32,000 bases of DNA from Pseudomonas aeruginosa (GTDB lineage Bacteria; Pseudomonadota; Gammaproteobacteria; Pseudomonadales; Pseudomonadaceae): positions 2,250,001 through 2,282,000 of the forward strand of contig NZ_LN831024.1 of assembly GCF_001457615.1 (NCBI RefSeq). Direction: 5' to 3'. This document shows positions 1 through 9,292 of the stretch, in pieces (the stretch's first letter is position 1; each line of letters begins with the position of its first letter). A program made the translations under genes and the position numbers. The notes beneath the pieces are model-generated. The model saw nothing but the letters and a program-made list of their open reading frames with translations. It did not search any database and was not told where the DNA came from.

Positions 1-509
1 ATGCCGCGGCCGCCGCCGCCGGCGCTGGCCTTGATCATCAGTGGGTAGCCGATGCGTTCGGCCTCGCGCCGCAGGGTCGCGTCGTCCTGTTCGGCGCCTT
101 CGTAGCCGGGGATGCACGGCACCCCGGCGGCGAGCATGGCGATCTTCGACAGGCGCTTGCTGCCCATCAGGTGGATGGCTTCCGCATCCGGGCCGATGAA
201 GACGATCCCGGCGGCTTCGCAGGCACGGGCGAATTCGGCGTTCTCGGAGAGGAAGCCGTAGCCGGGGTGGATCGCCTCGGCGCCGCTGCGACGGGCGGCG
301 TCGAGGATCGCCTCGATATTCAGGTAGGACTGCGCCACCGCTGCCGGGCCGATGCACACGGCCTCGTCGGCCAGTTGCACATGGCGGGCCTCGGCGTCCG
401 CCTCGCTGTACACGGCAACGCTGCGGTAGCCCAGTTCATGGGCGGTGCGCAGCACCCGGCAGGCGATTTCACCGCGGTTGGCGACGAGGATCTTGTTGAA
501 GCTGGGCAT
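1..509 (-). CDS. atuF: Geranyl-CoA carboxylase alpha (biotin carboxylase) subunit. Only the N-terminal part is present; the 3' end lies beyond the window edge.
   Basis: Hand translation of the minus strand from ATG (complement of 507-509) gives [55 protein letters not shown]...[16 protein letters not shown]. This is the classic biotin carboxylase N-terminal/ATP-grasp signature. It sits upstream of atuE/D/C. The frame is missing from the ORF track because it runs off the edge. Confidence 0.9.
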   Translation of the reverse strand, partial: MPSFNKILVANRGEIACRVLRTAHELGYRSVAVYSEADAEARHVQLADEAVCIGPAAVAQSYLNIEAILDAARRSGAEAIHPGYGFLSENAEFARACEAAGIVFIGPDAEAIHLMGSKRLSKIAMLAAGVPCIPGYEGAEQDDATLRREAERIGYPLMIKASAGGGGRG

Positions 510-554
510 GTCGTTCGGCTCCTGGAGGCTGTTGCCCTGTTTCGCGGTCGTGGC

Positions 555-1349
555 TCACTGGGCCCAGACCGGCTTGCGTTTCTGTACGAAGGCCAGGGTG
601 CCTTCACTGCCTTCGGCGCCGCCCACCGCTTCGGCGAACTGTCGCGCCGCATCGTCCAGCAGGGCGCCGAGTTCGCCGCTTTCGCTGGCCAGCAGCAGGG
701 CCTTGGTGGCGGCGTTGGCGTTCGGCGCGCAGCGGCGCAGTTGCTCGAGGGTTTCCTCCAGGCGCTGTTCGAGGGCATCGGCGTCGGCCTCGCAGAAATG
801 CACCAGGCCCAGGCGCAGCGCCTCGCGGCCGTCGAAGCGGGCGGCGGTGAGGGCCAGGCGGCGGGCCTGGGTCAGGCCGATGCGGCGGACCACGAAAGGC
901 GCGATCTGCGCCGGGAGAATGCCGAGGCTGGTTTCCGGCAGGCCGAACTGCGCATCGGCGGCGGCGATCGCTACGTCCGACACGCAGGCCAGGCCGAAAC
1001 CGCCGCCGAGCACCGCGCCTTCCACCAGCGCCACCAGCAGTTGCGGGGCGGCCTGGGCTTCCTCCAGCAGGCTGCCGAAGGCGCGGTTCAGCGTGCGGTA
1101 GGCTTCCGCCCCGGCGGCGCGGGCACCGGCCATGTCCTTGATGTCGCCGCCGGCGCAGAAGTGCCCGCCGGCGCCGCGCAGCACCAGCGCCCGCACGCTA
1201 CGGTCGTCGCGCACGGCGGCGAGCACCGCGCGCAGTTCGCCGACCATCGCCAGGCTCATGGCGTTGCGGCTTTGCGGGCGGTTCAGGGTGATCCGCAGGA
1301 CGCCCTCGATGGGTTCCAGCAGCAGGGTCTCGCAATGCGGCAGGCTCAT
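555..1349 (-). CDS. atuE: Isohexenylglutaconyl-CoA hydratase (enoyl-CoA hydratase/crotonase family)
   Basis: Internal ATG at 1349, preceded by an AGGAGG-type SD (ccaggaggaaaccgg), within ORF 555..1739. The product begins MSLPHCETLLLEPIEGVLRITLNRPQSRNAMS...GGHFCAGGDIKD, a crotonase fold. Position matches the atu operon order. Confidence 0.88.
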   Translation of the reverse strand: MSLPHCETLLLEPIEGVLRITLNRPQSRNAMSLAMVGELRAVLAAVRDDRSVRALVLRGAGGHFCAGGDIKDMAGARAAGAEAYRTLNRAFGSLLEEAQAAPQLLVALVEGAVLGGGFGLACVSDVAIAAADAQFGLPETSLGILPAQIAPFVVRRIGLTQARRLALTAARFDGREALRLGLVHFCEADADALEQRLEETLEQLRRCAPNANAATKALLLASESGELGALLDDAARQFAEAVGGAEGSEGTLAFVQKRKPVWAQ

Positions 1350-1369
1350 GCCGGTTTCCTCCTGGAACG

Positions 1370-2530
1370 TCAGCCTTTCTTCTTGCCCGGCAGGATGCCC
1401 ATCAGCTTGCAGATGATGCCGAGCATGATCTCGTCGGCACCGCCGCCGATGGATACCAGGCGGGTGTCGCGGTAGGCGCGGGAGACCGGGTTGTCCCACA
1501 TGAAGCCCATGCCGCCCCAGTACTGCAGGCAGGCGTCGCTGACCTCGCGGCCGAGGCGGCCGGCCTTGAGCTTGGCCATGGAAGCCAGGCGCGTCACGTC
1601 CCTGCCTTTCACGTACAGCTCGGTGGCCTGGTAGACCAGGGCGCGCAGCGCCTCGACCTCGGTCATCATCTCGGCCATGCGGAAGTGGATGACCTGGTTG
1701 TCGATCAGCGGCTGGCCGAAGGTCCTGCGCTCCTTGCAATACTCGATGGTGACGTCGATGCAGTGCTCCAGGCCCTTGATCATGTTGGCCGCGCCGAACA
1801 GCCGTTCTTCCTGGAACTGCAGCATCTGCATCATGAAGCCGGCGCCCTCCGCGCCGATGCGGTTGCGCTGCGGTACGCGGACGTTATCGAAGAACACCTG
1901 GGCGGTCTCCGAACTGCGCATGCCGAGCTTGTCCAGGTGCGGACTGAGGGTAATGCCCGGGGTCTTCATCGGGACCACGATCAGCGACTTGTTGACGTGC
2001 GGCTTGTCGTCGGAGGTATTGGCGAGCAGGCACATGAAGTCGGCCGACGGCGAGTTGGTGATCCACATCTTGCTGCCGTTGATCACATAGTCGTCGCCGT
2101 CCTTGCGCGCGGTGGTCTTCAGGCCGGCGACGTCGGAGCCGGCGCCGACCTCGGAGACGCCGATGCAGCCGACCATCTCGCCGGCGATGGCCGGGCGGAG
2201 GAACTCCTCGCGCAACTCGTCGGAACCGAAGCGGGCCAGGGCCGGGGTGCACATGTCGGTCTGCACGCCGATGGCCATCGGGATGCCGCCGCAGGTGATG
2301 CTGCCGAATTCCTCGGCGGCGACGATCGAGTAGCTGTAGTCCAGGCCCATGCCGCCGAACTTCTCCGGCTTGGAGATGCCCAGCAGGCCGAGTTCGCCGG
2401 CCTTGCGGAAGATCTCGTGGATCGGGAAGCGGCCGTCCTTTTCCCACTGGTCGACGTTGGGGTTGATTTCCCGCTCGACGAAGCTGCGAACGGTGCGGCG
2501 GAGTTCCTCGTGTTCCTGGGTGAAGATCAT
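1370..2530 (-). CDS. atuD: Citronellyl-CoA dehydrogenase (acyl-CoA dehydrogenase family)
   Basis: Real start is ATG at 2530 (MIFTQEHEELRRTVRSFVEREINPNVDQWEKDGRFP...), inside the run-through ORF 1370..3466. Full-length ACAD-like sequence of 386 aa, located between atuC and atuE. Confidence 0.9.
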   Translation of the reverse strand: MIFTQEHEELRRTVRSFVEREINPNVDQWEKDGRFPIHEIFRKAGELGLLGISKPEKFGGMGLDYSYSIVAAEEFGSITCGGIPMAIGVQTDMCTPALARFGSDELREEFLRPAIAGEMVGCIGVSEVGAGSDVAGLKTTARKDGDDYVINGSKMWITNSPSADFMCLLANTSDDKPHVNKSLIVVPMKTPGITLSPHLDKLGMRSSETAQVFFDNVRVPQRNRIGAEGAGFMMQMLQFQEERLFGAANMIKGLEHCIDVTIEYCKERRTFGQPLIDNQVIHFRMAEMMTEVEALRALVYQATELYVKGRDVTRLASMAKLKAGRLGREVSDACLQYWGGMGFMWDNPVSRAYRDTRLVSIGGGADEIMLGIICKLMGILPGKKKG

Positions 2531-2646
2531 GGGTTGTCTTTCCTCCTGGGCATCATTGTTTTCCGGCAGGATCCGCTTGCTCTTTCCCAACCCTCTTCCT
2601 TCAGGGAGAGCGGGGAGAGGGGCTGTCGCCGGCTCGCCTGTTGCAG

Positions 2647-4263
2647 TCAGAACCTCGCGACCCCGAAGCTGTTGCCCTTCAGCGGCCGCGCCTCGGCTTC
2701 CGCGCAGATATCCAGCAGGTAGCCGAGCAGCCTGCGGCTGTCGCGCGGGTCGACCAGGCCGTCGTCCCACAGGCTGGCGGTGCCGTAAAGCGCGGTGGAC
2801 TGGCTGTCGAGCTTCTGCGCGGTGACGGTTTCCAGCATGTCGAGCATCTTCGGGTCGGCTTCCTTGCCTTCCTTGGCGTGTTTCTCCTCGGTGACGATGC
2901 GCAGCACCTTGCCGGCCTGGGCGCCGCCCATCACCGCGGTGCGACTGTTCGGCCAGGCGAAGATGAAGCGCGGGTCGAGGCCGCGTCCGCACATCGCGTA
3001 GTTGCCGGCGCCGTAGGAGCCGCCGACCACCAGGGTCAGCTTGGGCACGCGGGCGTTGGCCACCGCCTGGATCATCTTCGAGCCGTGCTTGATCACGCCC
3101 TGGCGCTCCGACTCGGTGCCGACCATGAAGCCGGTGGTGTTGTGCAGGAACAGCAGCGGCGTGTTGCTCTGTTCGCAGAGTTGGATGAACTGCGCCGCCT
3201 TGGCCGCGCCCTGCGGGGTGATCGGTCCGTTGTTGCCGATCAGGCCGCAGGCGTGGCCCTCGATGCGCAGGTGGCCGCAGACGGTCTGGCCGTCGAACTC
3301 GTTCTTGAAGTCGAGGAACTCGGAGCCGTCGGCGATGCGCGCGACGATCTCGCGGACGTCGTAGGGCTTCTTCGGGTCGGCCGGAACCACCCCGAGCAGC
3401 TCCTCCACCGGGTACAGCGGTTCGCGCCAGGAACGCGCCGGGCGCGCCGGCAGTTGTGCGTTCCACGGCAACATGCCGACGATCTCGCGGGCCAGGCGCA
3501 CGCCGTCGGCGTCGTTTTCCGCCAGGTATTCCGCGGTGCCGGCGACCTGCGCGTGCAGTTCGGCTCCGCCGAGTTCCTCGTCGCTGGCGATCTCGCCGGT
3601 GGCGGCCTTGAGCAACGGCGGCCCGGCGAGGAACATCTTGGCCTTGCCGCGCACCACCACCACGTAGTCCGACAGCCCCGGCTGGTAGGCACCGCCGGCG
3701 GTGCTGGAACCATGCACCACGGTGACCTGGGGAATGCCCATGGCGGAGATCCGCGCCTGGTTGGCGAAGCCGCGCGCACCTTCGACGAAGATCTCCGCCG
3801 CGTAGTTGAGGTTGGCGCCACCGCTTTCGGTGAGGGTCACCACCGGCAGCTTGTTCTCCATGGCGATCTGCTGCAGGCGCAGGGTCTTCTTCAGCCCGGT
3901 CGGGGAGATGGTGCCGCCCTTGATCGCGCTGTTGCTGGCACTGACCAGGCAGCGCACCCCGGCGATGTAGCCGATCCCGGCGATGATCCCGCCGCCGGCC
4001 TGGGTGCCGTCCTTGTCGTCGTGCAGCTTGTAGCCGGCCAGCGAGGACAGTTCGAGGAACGGCGCGCCCGGGTCGAGCAGCAGCGCCAGGCGTTCGCGCG
4101 GCAGCAGCTGGCCGCGTTTCTCGAACTTCGGCCTGGCCTCGGCGGCCTTGTCCAGGACCTTCTGCTCCAACTCGCGGAAGCCGGCCACGGCGGCGAGCAT
4201 GGCCTCGCGGTTGCGGGCGAAGTCCTCGCCGTTGACGTCGAGTTCCGACTGGATCGCGGGCAT
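2647..4263 (-). CDS. atuC: Geranyl-CoA carboxylase beta (carboxyltransferase) subunit
   Basis: 538-aa ORF with acyl-CoA carboxyltransferase hallmarks (…GGTISPTGLKKTLRLQQIAMENKLPVVTLTESGGANL…, …GGSYGAGNYAMCGR…). Its start is 1 nt downstream of the atuB stop (TGAcATG). Confidence 0.9.
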   Translation of the reverse strand: MPAIQSELDVNGEDFARNREAMLAAVAGFRELEQKVLDKAAEARPKFEKRGQLLPRERLALLLDPGAPFLELSSLAGYKLHDDKDGTQAGGGIIAGIGYIAGVRCLVSASNSAIKGGTISPTGLKKTLRLQQIAMENKLPVVTLTESGGANLNYAAEIFVEGARGFANQARISAMGIPQVTVVHGSSTAGGAYQPGLSDYVVVVRGKAKMFLAGPPLLKAATGEIASDEELGGAELHAQVAGTAEYLAENDADGVRLAREIVGMLPWNAQLPARPARSWREPLYPVEELLGVVPADPKKPYDVREIVARIADGSEFLDFKNEFDGQTVCGHLRIEGHACGLIGNNGPITPQGAAKAAQFIQLCEQSNTPLLFLHNTTGFMVGTESERQGVIKHGSKMIQAVANARVPKLTLVVGGSYGAGNYAMCGRGLDPRFIFAWPNSRTAVMGGAQAGKVLRIVTEEKHAKEGKEADPKMLDMLETVTAQKLDSQSTALYGTASLWDDGLVDPRDSRRLLGYLLDICAEAEARPLKGNSFGVARF

Positions 4264-4264
4264 G

Positions 4265-5143
4265 TCAGTCCTCCTGGTCCTTCAGTACGTCGGGCAGGTA
4301 GGCGCGGTGGAAGCCGTTGTACGCGCGGCTCTGTCCCGGCTTGCCCTTGAATAGCGGGAAGGCGCGGCTGCCCTGGCTGGCGGCGCCGTCGATGCGGATC
4401 GTGTTGCCGCTGACGAAGGCGGCGCCGGGGGAGAGGAGGAAGACGATGGCGGCGGCGACTTCCGACTCGCTGCCGATGCGCTTGAGCGGCACGTGCTCGC
4501 GCAGGGTCGGGATCACCGCCTTGAACGCGCCTTCGTAGGTATCCATGCCGCTGGACGCGATCCAGCCCGGCGCCACCGCGTTGACCCGCACGCCGGCATG
4601 GCCCCACTCGACGGCGGCGGTCCTGGTGAAATTCTCCATGCCGGAGCGTGCGGCGCCGGAGTGACCCATGCCGGGCATGCCGCCCCACATGTCGGCGAGC
4701 ATGTTGACGATGCTGCCGCCGGTCTTGCTCATCGACTGGTTGAACACTTCGCGGGCGACCAGGAAGCCGCCGACCAGGTTGGTGCGGAGCACGGTCTCGA
4801 AGCCCTTCTGGCTGATCGAGGCGAGGGGCGAGGGATACTGGCCGCCGGCGTTGTTGACGAGGTGATGGATGGTCCCGCGTTCGGCCAGGATATTCGCCAC
4901 CAGCGTCTTCACCGCTTCCTCCTCGCGGATGTCGCAGGCGTGCCAGCTGACGCTGCCGCCGTCCTCGACGATCTCGCCGGCGGTCTTCTCCAGCTTTTCC
5001 GCCTTGCGTCCGACCAGCACCACGTGGGCGCCGAGGGCCGCCAGCTCGTGGGCGGTGCAGCGGCCGATGCCGCTGCCGCCGCCGGTGACGATGATGGTCT
5101 GGCCGTCGAACAGGCCAGGTCGGAAGATCGAGTCGTAGCTCAT
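4265..5143 (-). CDS. atuB: Short-chain dehydrogenase/reductase of the atu pathway
   Basis: 292-aa ORF with the SDR Rossmann motif TGGGSGIG and an NNAG motif. Sits between atuA and atuC. Confidence 0.88.
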   Translation of the reverse strand: MSYDSIFRPGLFDGQTIIVTGGGSGIGRCTAHELAALGAHVVLVGRKAEKLEKTAGEIVEDGGSVSWHACDIREEEAVKTLVANILAERGTIHHLVNNAGGQYPSPLASISQKGFETVLRTNLVGGFLVAREVFNQSMSKTGGSIVNMLADMWGGMPGMGHSGAARSGMENFTRTAAVEWGHAGVRVNAVAPGWIASSGMDTYEGAFKAVIPTLREHVPLKRIGSESEVAAAIVFLLSPGAAFVSGNTIRIDGAASQGSRAFPLFKGKPGQSRAYNGFHRAYLPDVLKDQED

Positions 5144-5212
5144 TGTTCTGGTGACTCCGATGAATCCCGTAGAGGGGCAGCGGAACGCCGCATTCGCCGT
5201 TCCTGGTTGTGG

Positions 5213-7015
5213 TTATCTGCCTTGCGTTTCCAGCGCGTCGGCGAGCGCCTGCGGCACCGCCACCGGGAACTCCAGCAACTGCTGGGCAAAGGCCTTGCCC
5301 TGCGGGTCGATGCGCAGGCTGGCGACGCCGCCGCCGCCGAGGGCGTTCTCCAGCAGGAAGTTCAGGCTGTGGCTGCCCGGCAGGTACCAGCGGCCGACCC
5401 GGCCGGTCTGCGGGTCGAGCACATGCTGCATCCAGTCCACCACCGCGCCTTCCTCCAGCGCCTCGGCGATCCACGGCAGGTACTCCGGGCGCCGCGCCAT
5501 GACCCCGATGTTGCTGTGGTTGCCTTTGTCGCCGGAGCGCGCCACCGCTAGCTTCACCAGCGGCACGCTGGCGCTGGCGGGCTGCTCCGGGCGTGGCGGC
5601 TGGCGCGCCTCGGCCAATCGTGCCGGGTCGAAGGCTTCGAGGACCGGCAGTTCCAGCGGATGGCGCTGGCCGTCGATCTCTACGCTCAACGCGCATTGCG
5701 CCTTGTCGATCAGGAAAGAGAACAGGCGGATCACCGGATACACCGTCGGCCGGCCGCCGACGATGCCGGTCAGGCCGGGCGCCATCCCGGTGGCGGCCTG
5801 GGCGATCTCGCGGGAGAACAGCACCAGGGCTTCCTTGCGCGGATGCCGGACGGCCAGCTTGACCACCACTTCGCGGCTGTCCTGCCGTCGCCCATGGGGA
5901 CCATAGGTGGCTTCGCTGCCGAGCAGTTCGACATTGACCTCGCGGTAGGGCTCCCAGCCGCGCTCGGCGAAGATTTCCTCGGTCCTGGCGATGATCGCCT
6001 GGCTGACCCGCTCGGCCTTCTTCAGCGCATCGATGCCGGCGATCAGGCAACTGGCGGTGCAGCGGAAACCGTCCGGATAGGTGGCGCTGACCTTGTACCG
6101 GTCGGTGGGCGGCAGGCCGCGCGCGCCTTCCACCGCGACCCGGTCGGGTCCGACCTGGCGCAGGCGCACCTCGGTGAAGTCGCAGACCACGTCGGGCAGC
6201 AGGTAGGCGCGTGGGTCGCCGATCTCGTAGAGCATCTGTTCGCCGACGCTCAGTTCGCTGACCAGGCCACCGGTGCCGGGCGCCTTGGTCACCACGAAGC
6301 GCCCGTCGGCCTCGACCTCGACGATGGGGAAACCGATGTGCTCATAGTCCGGCACCTGCTCCCAGTCGGTGAAATTGCCGCCGGTGCATTGCGCGCCGCA
6401 TTCGACGATGTGCCCGGCGAGGGCTGCCTGGGCCAGTCGGTCGTAGTCGTCCCAGGCCCAGCCGAACTCGTGCACCAGGGCGGCGCTGACCACCGCGCTG
6501 TCGACCACCCGGCCGGTGATCACGATATCCGCGCCCAGGCGCAGGGCCTCGACGATGCCCGGCGCGCCGAGGTAGGCGTTGAGCGAGACGCACATCGGCG
6601 GGAAAGGCGCGTCGCTGAACATCTCGCGGATGCCGGCCTTGGCCAGTTCGGCCTGGCGCGCTTGCAGGTTGTCGCCATGGAGCACGGCGATCTTCAGCTG
6701 CACCCCGGCCTTCTCGCAGGCCGCGGCGAGGGCGGCGGCACAGGCCTGCGGATTGATCCCGCCAGCGTTGCTGATGACGCGGATCTTCTTCTCGGCGATC
6801 TCGCCCAGCAGTGGTGCGAGGACCTCGACGAAGTCGGTGGCGTAGCCGGCGTCCGGCTGTTTCAGGCGGGCGCCGGCCATGATCGACATGGTGATCTCGG
6901 CCAGGTAGTCGAACACCAGGTAGTCCAGCGGCGCGCCGCGCACCAGCTGCGCGGCCGCGGTGCAGGTGTCGCCCCAGAAGGCCGAGGCGCAGCCGATGCG
7001 TACGGTCTTTTGCAT
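5213..7015 (-). CDS. atuA: Acyclic terpene utilisation protein AtuA (DUF1446 family)
   Basis: ATG at 7015 ([25 protein letters not shown]...), inside ORF 5213..7198; 600 aa. It is the first gene of the operon and diverges from atuR. The 61-codon extension upstream would run through the operator region and is unlikely to be real. Confidence 0.85.
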   Translation of the reverse strand: MQKTVRIGCASAFWGDTCTAAAQLVRGAPLDYLVFDYLAEITMSIMAGARLKQPDAGYATDFVEVLAPLLGEIAEKKIRVISNAGGINPQACAAALAAACEKAGVQLKIAVLHGDNLQARQAELAKAGIREMFSDAPFPPMCVSLNAYLGAPGIVEALRLGADIVITGRVVDSAVVSAALVHEFGWAWDDYDRLAQAALAGHIVECGAQCTGGNFTDWEQVPDYEHIGFPIVEVEADGRFVVTKAPGTGGLVSELSVGEQMLYEIGDPRAYLLPDVVCDFTEVRLRQVGPDRVAVEGARGLPPTDRYKVSATYPDGFRCTASCLIAGIDALKKAERVSQAIIARTEEIFAERGWEPYREVNVELLGSEATYGPHGRRQDSREVVVKLAVRHPRKEALVLFSREIAQAATGMAPGLTGIVGGRPTVYPVIRLFSFLIDKAQCALSVEIDGQRHPLELPVLEAFDPARLAEARQPPRPEQPASASVPLVKLAVARSGDKGNHSNIGVMARRPEYLPWIAEALEEGAVVDWMQHVLDPQTGRVGRWYLPGSHSLNFLLENALGGGGVASLRIDPQGKAFAQQLLEFPVAVPQALADALETQGR

Positions 7016-7058
7016 TGTTCTTGACCCGTGACGGCGGAAGTGTGGGGCGACATTACCA

Positions 7059-7124
7059 AGCAAGCGCTTGGTTGAGAAGAGGGCGGAAACAAATCCGTTC
7101 TCGGCTGTTACCCAAGCGCTTGCT
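7059..7124. promoter_or_regulatory. atuR-atuA intergenic operator: two copies of a 13-bp element in inverted orientation
   Basis: AGCAAGCGCTTGG at 7059-7071 and its exact reverse complement CCAAGCGCTTGCT at 7112-7124. Each copy contains the perfect palindrome CAAGCGCTTG. The first copy extends to ACCAAGC-aagc-GCTTGGT (7055-7072). This fits my recollection that AtuR binds two 13-bp inverted repeats in this intergenic region. Confidence 0.75.
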
Positions 7125-7295
7125 CGGTCGTCTTCGCAGGCATACATTTCATGAATGCCGACAAGCACTTGCGGGGCAATCCCGAGGCCGGTCGGCAAAT
7201 ACGGAGCGGCCGGGCGCGCGGATGAGCGGCACCGAGCCGCCGACGATCCGGAAAAGGGGTACTCAGCGTTGGACGATCAGAAAGCCCGGGAAGTG

Positions 7296-7892
7296 ATGCT
7301 GGAGCTGGTGGCTACCGGACAGCTCACCGATCCGGAAAGCGCCCGCGGCAAGCTGCTGCAGACCGCCGCCCACCTGTTCCGCAGCAAAGGCTACGAACGC
7401 ACCACGGTGCGCGACCTGGCCAGCGCGGTGGGCATCCAGTCGGGCAGCATCTTCCATCACTTCAAGAGCAAGGACGAGATCCTGCGCTCGGTGATGGAAG
7501 AGACCATCCTCTACAACACCGCCCTGATGCGCGCCGCCCTGGCCGACGCCGAGGACCTGCGCGAGCGGGTGCTGGGACTGATCCGCTGCGAGCTGCAATC
7601 GATCATGGGCGGTACCGGCGAGGCGATGGCGGTGCTGGTCTACGAGTGGCGCTCGCTGTCCGCCGAAGGCCAGGCGTACATCCTCGGCCTGCGCGACATC
7701 TACGAGCAGATGTGGCTCGACGTGCTGGGGGAGGCGCGGCTGGCCGGCTACTGCCAGGGCGATCCGTTCATCCTGCGGCGCTTCCTCACCGGCGCGCTGT
7801 CCTGGACCACCACCTGGTTCCGTCCGGAAGGACCGATGAGTCTCGATCAGCTCGCCGAGGAGGCCCTGGCGCTGGTGATCAAGGACGCCTGA
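7296..7892 (+). CDS. atuR: TetR-family repressor of the atu operon
   Basis: Product MLELVATGQLTDPESARGKLLQTAAHLFRSKGYERTTVRDLASAVGIQSGSIFHHFKSKDEIL carries a TetR N-terminal HTH. The gene diverges from atuA. The start is uncertain: ATG 7296 is chosen, but GTG/TTG codons further upstream in the same frame are possible. Confidence 0.85.
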   Translation: MLELVATGQLTDPESARGKLLQTAAHLFRSKGYERTTVRDLASAVGIQSGSIFHHFKSKDEILRSVMEETILYNTALMRAALADAEDLRERVLGLIRCELQSIMGGTGEAMAVLVYEWRSLSAEGQAYILGLRDIYEQMWLDVLGEARLAGYCQGDPFILRRFLTGALSWTTTWFRPEGPMSLDQLAEEALALVIKDA

Positions 7893-8657
7893 TCACTCGG
7901 AGATCAGGCGGAACGGGTAGCTCAGCAGGAGGAAGTGCAGGGTGTTGATCGAGGCGTGCAGCAGCACCGCCAGGGACAGCCGCCCGCTGAAGTGCAGGAC
8001 CATGCCGTAGCCCAGCCCGGCGATCCCGGCCAGCAGCGCGTACACCGGGTTCACCAGCAGGTGCAGCGCGGCGTAGGCGAGGGTCGCGACGATGATTCCC
8101 GGCCAGGCGCCGAACCAGCGGATCAACTGGCTTTGCAGCAGGCCGCGGAAGAACGCCTCCTCGGCCAGCGAGACCACCCCGACGTTCAGTACCAGCCACC
8201 ACCAGAAGGCATCCGGCCACTTCGGCTGCCAGCTCGCGGCATTGGTCATGATCGACAGCAGCGGCACCACGAAGAAGGTCAGGCAGAAGGCCAGCGCGGT
8301 GATATCCAGCGACACCAGCGGCTGCTTCGGCCGGCGTAGCCACCAGGCGAGCAGGGTAAGGGCGACCAGGGCCTTGTCCCAGGGCAGCCAGATCATCTGG
8401 ATCGGCGGGCTGGCGCTGGCAAGGTCCCAGGGGAACAGGCGCAGGGGAATGAAGCCGGGCAGGTAGTGGATGGCGATCAGGGCGCTGGCGGCGAGGCTCA
8501 CCGGCCACCAGAGCAGGGTCGGCAGCCAGCGCTCGGCGTAGGTCACCCAGATGATGTAGAGCAGGACGATGACCGCCGTCAGCAGCGCGATGTGCCCGGT
8601 GAAGAAGCCCCCGAGCAGGAACAGAATGGGTAGAAGCGGTATCAGACGCCCGAGCAT
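7893..8657 (-). CDS. CPBP-family (CAAX/Abi-like) intramembrane metalloprotease
   Basis: 254-aa polytopic membrane protein with the motifs SLAEEAFFRGLL and …AALHLLVN…, plus a C-terminal LLHASINT. These match the CPBP EExxxR / HxxxN signature. Confidence 0.7.
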   Translation of the reverse strand: MLGRLIPLLPILFLLGGFFTGHIALLTAVIVLLYIIWVTYAERWLPTLLWWPVSLAASALIAIHYLPGFIPLRLFPWDLASASPPIQMIWLPWDKALVALTLLAWWLRRPKQPLVSLDITALAFCLTFFVVPLLSIMTNAASWQPKWPDAFWWWLVLNVGVVSLAEEAFFRGLLQSQLIRWFGAWPGIIVATLAYAALHLLVNPVYALLAGIAGLGYGMVLHFSGRLSLAVLLHASINTLHFLLLSYPFRLISE

Positions 8658-8720
8658 GCAGCCTCCCGTTTAAAGGAGGGATTCTAAAGGCATTTCGACC
8701 CGCGGATGGGAAAAGCGCAA

Positions 8721-8763
8721 GGAACGAACCTTCTGCCAGAGGGAAACACACGGGGAACGAACC
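8721..8763. repeat. 10-bp direct repeat GGAACGAACC, two copies, upstream of the CPBP protease gene
   Basis: Exact copies at 8721-8730 and 8754-8763, 33 bp start to start, lying 64-106 nt upstream of the ATG at 8657 on the minus strand. Function unknown. Confidence 0.5.
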
Positions 8764-8889
8764 CCAGGTTGCGCAGGAAAAACCACGCGCGGCCCGCATG
8801 ACTCCGCCCCGCGAGCCTTCGCCTCGCCGGTTTTTCGCCCGCCGGGGTTTTCCTACGAGACCTAGTGACCCGCCGGCAGGCCAATAGGT

Positions 8890-9057
8890 TCAGCGGTCCT
8901 TCGCCTCCTGCGCGTCCAGCTCGGCGTTGCGTTCATGGATGCGTTTGAGCTGTTCCTCGCTCAACGGCAGCTTCTTCGCCGAGTCGCGTAGCAGCAGGAG
9001 TCCGCCGACGATGGAGCCCAGGGCGAGGACGATGATCAACCAGGCGTACCAGGGCAT
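8890..9057 (-). CDS. Small single-TM protein (DUF2897-like)
   Basis: Product MPWYAWLIIVLALGSIVGGLLLLRDSAKKLPLSEEQLKRIHERNAELDAQEAKDR has one hydrophobic helix and a charged tail. ATG 9057 is preceded by GAGGGAGA five nt upstream. The track's longer start at 9072 adds MRENN. Confidence 0.6.
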   Translation of the reverse strand: MPWYAWLIIVLALGSIVGGLLLLRDSAKKLPLSEEQLKRIHERNAELDAQEAKDR

Positions 9058-9292
9058 GTTGTTCTCCCTCATCGATATGAATGTTCACCATACGCCGGGT
9101 TTGCCTTTCTGTCAGACAACGCTCCGGCGCGAGGCCCTGTGGTTGAGACTCCCGGCGGCGCTCGGAAGTTGCGGGCGGAGAAAACGCTGAGCCTGGCCGG
9201 CGTGATGCCTGTCACATGTTGGCAATCTGACATTGCTTAACTGGCGGGTATCCCTTCATTGCCCGTCCGGGCCTGCCAGCGAGAGGTTGCCG

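Noticed and set aside
2641-4350. A 569-aa ORF on the + strand across the atuC region. Similar long ORFs occur at 171-1475, 1685-2722, 4493-5551 and 5660-7024 (all +).
   Set aside because: They lie exactly antisense to well-supported atu genes. Their translations are Ala/Gly/Arg/Val/Asp-rich low-complexity strings with no recognisable motifs. High-GC genomes routinely leave the antisense frame free of stops.
7890-7895. The convergent atuR and CPBP protease genes have directly abutting stop codons (TGA|TCA) with no intergenic spacer or terminator.
   Set aside because: This is real in the sequence, but tight convergent packing is common in Pseudomonas. It implies at most some transcriptional interference, with nothing further to test from sequence alone.
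8684-8884. A 66-aa ORF (minus strand) in the intergenic region between the DUF2897 and CPBP genes.
   Set aside because: Extremely Arg-rich translation, no SD, and it fills a region better explained as promoter and leader. There is no coding-like third-position pattern distinct from background.
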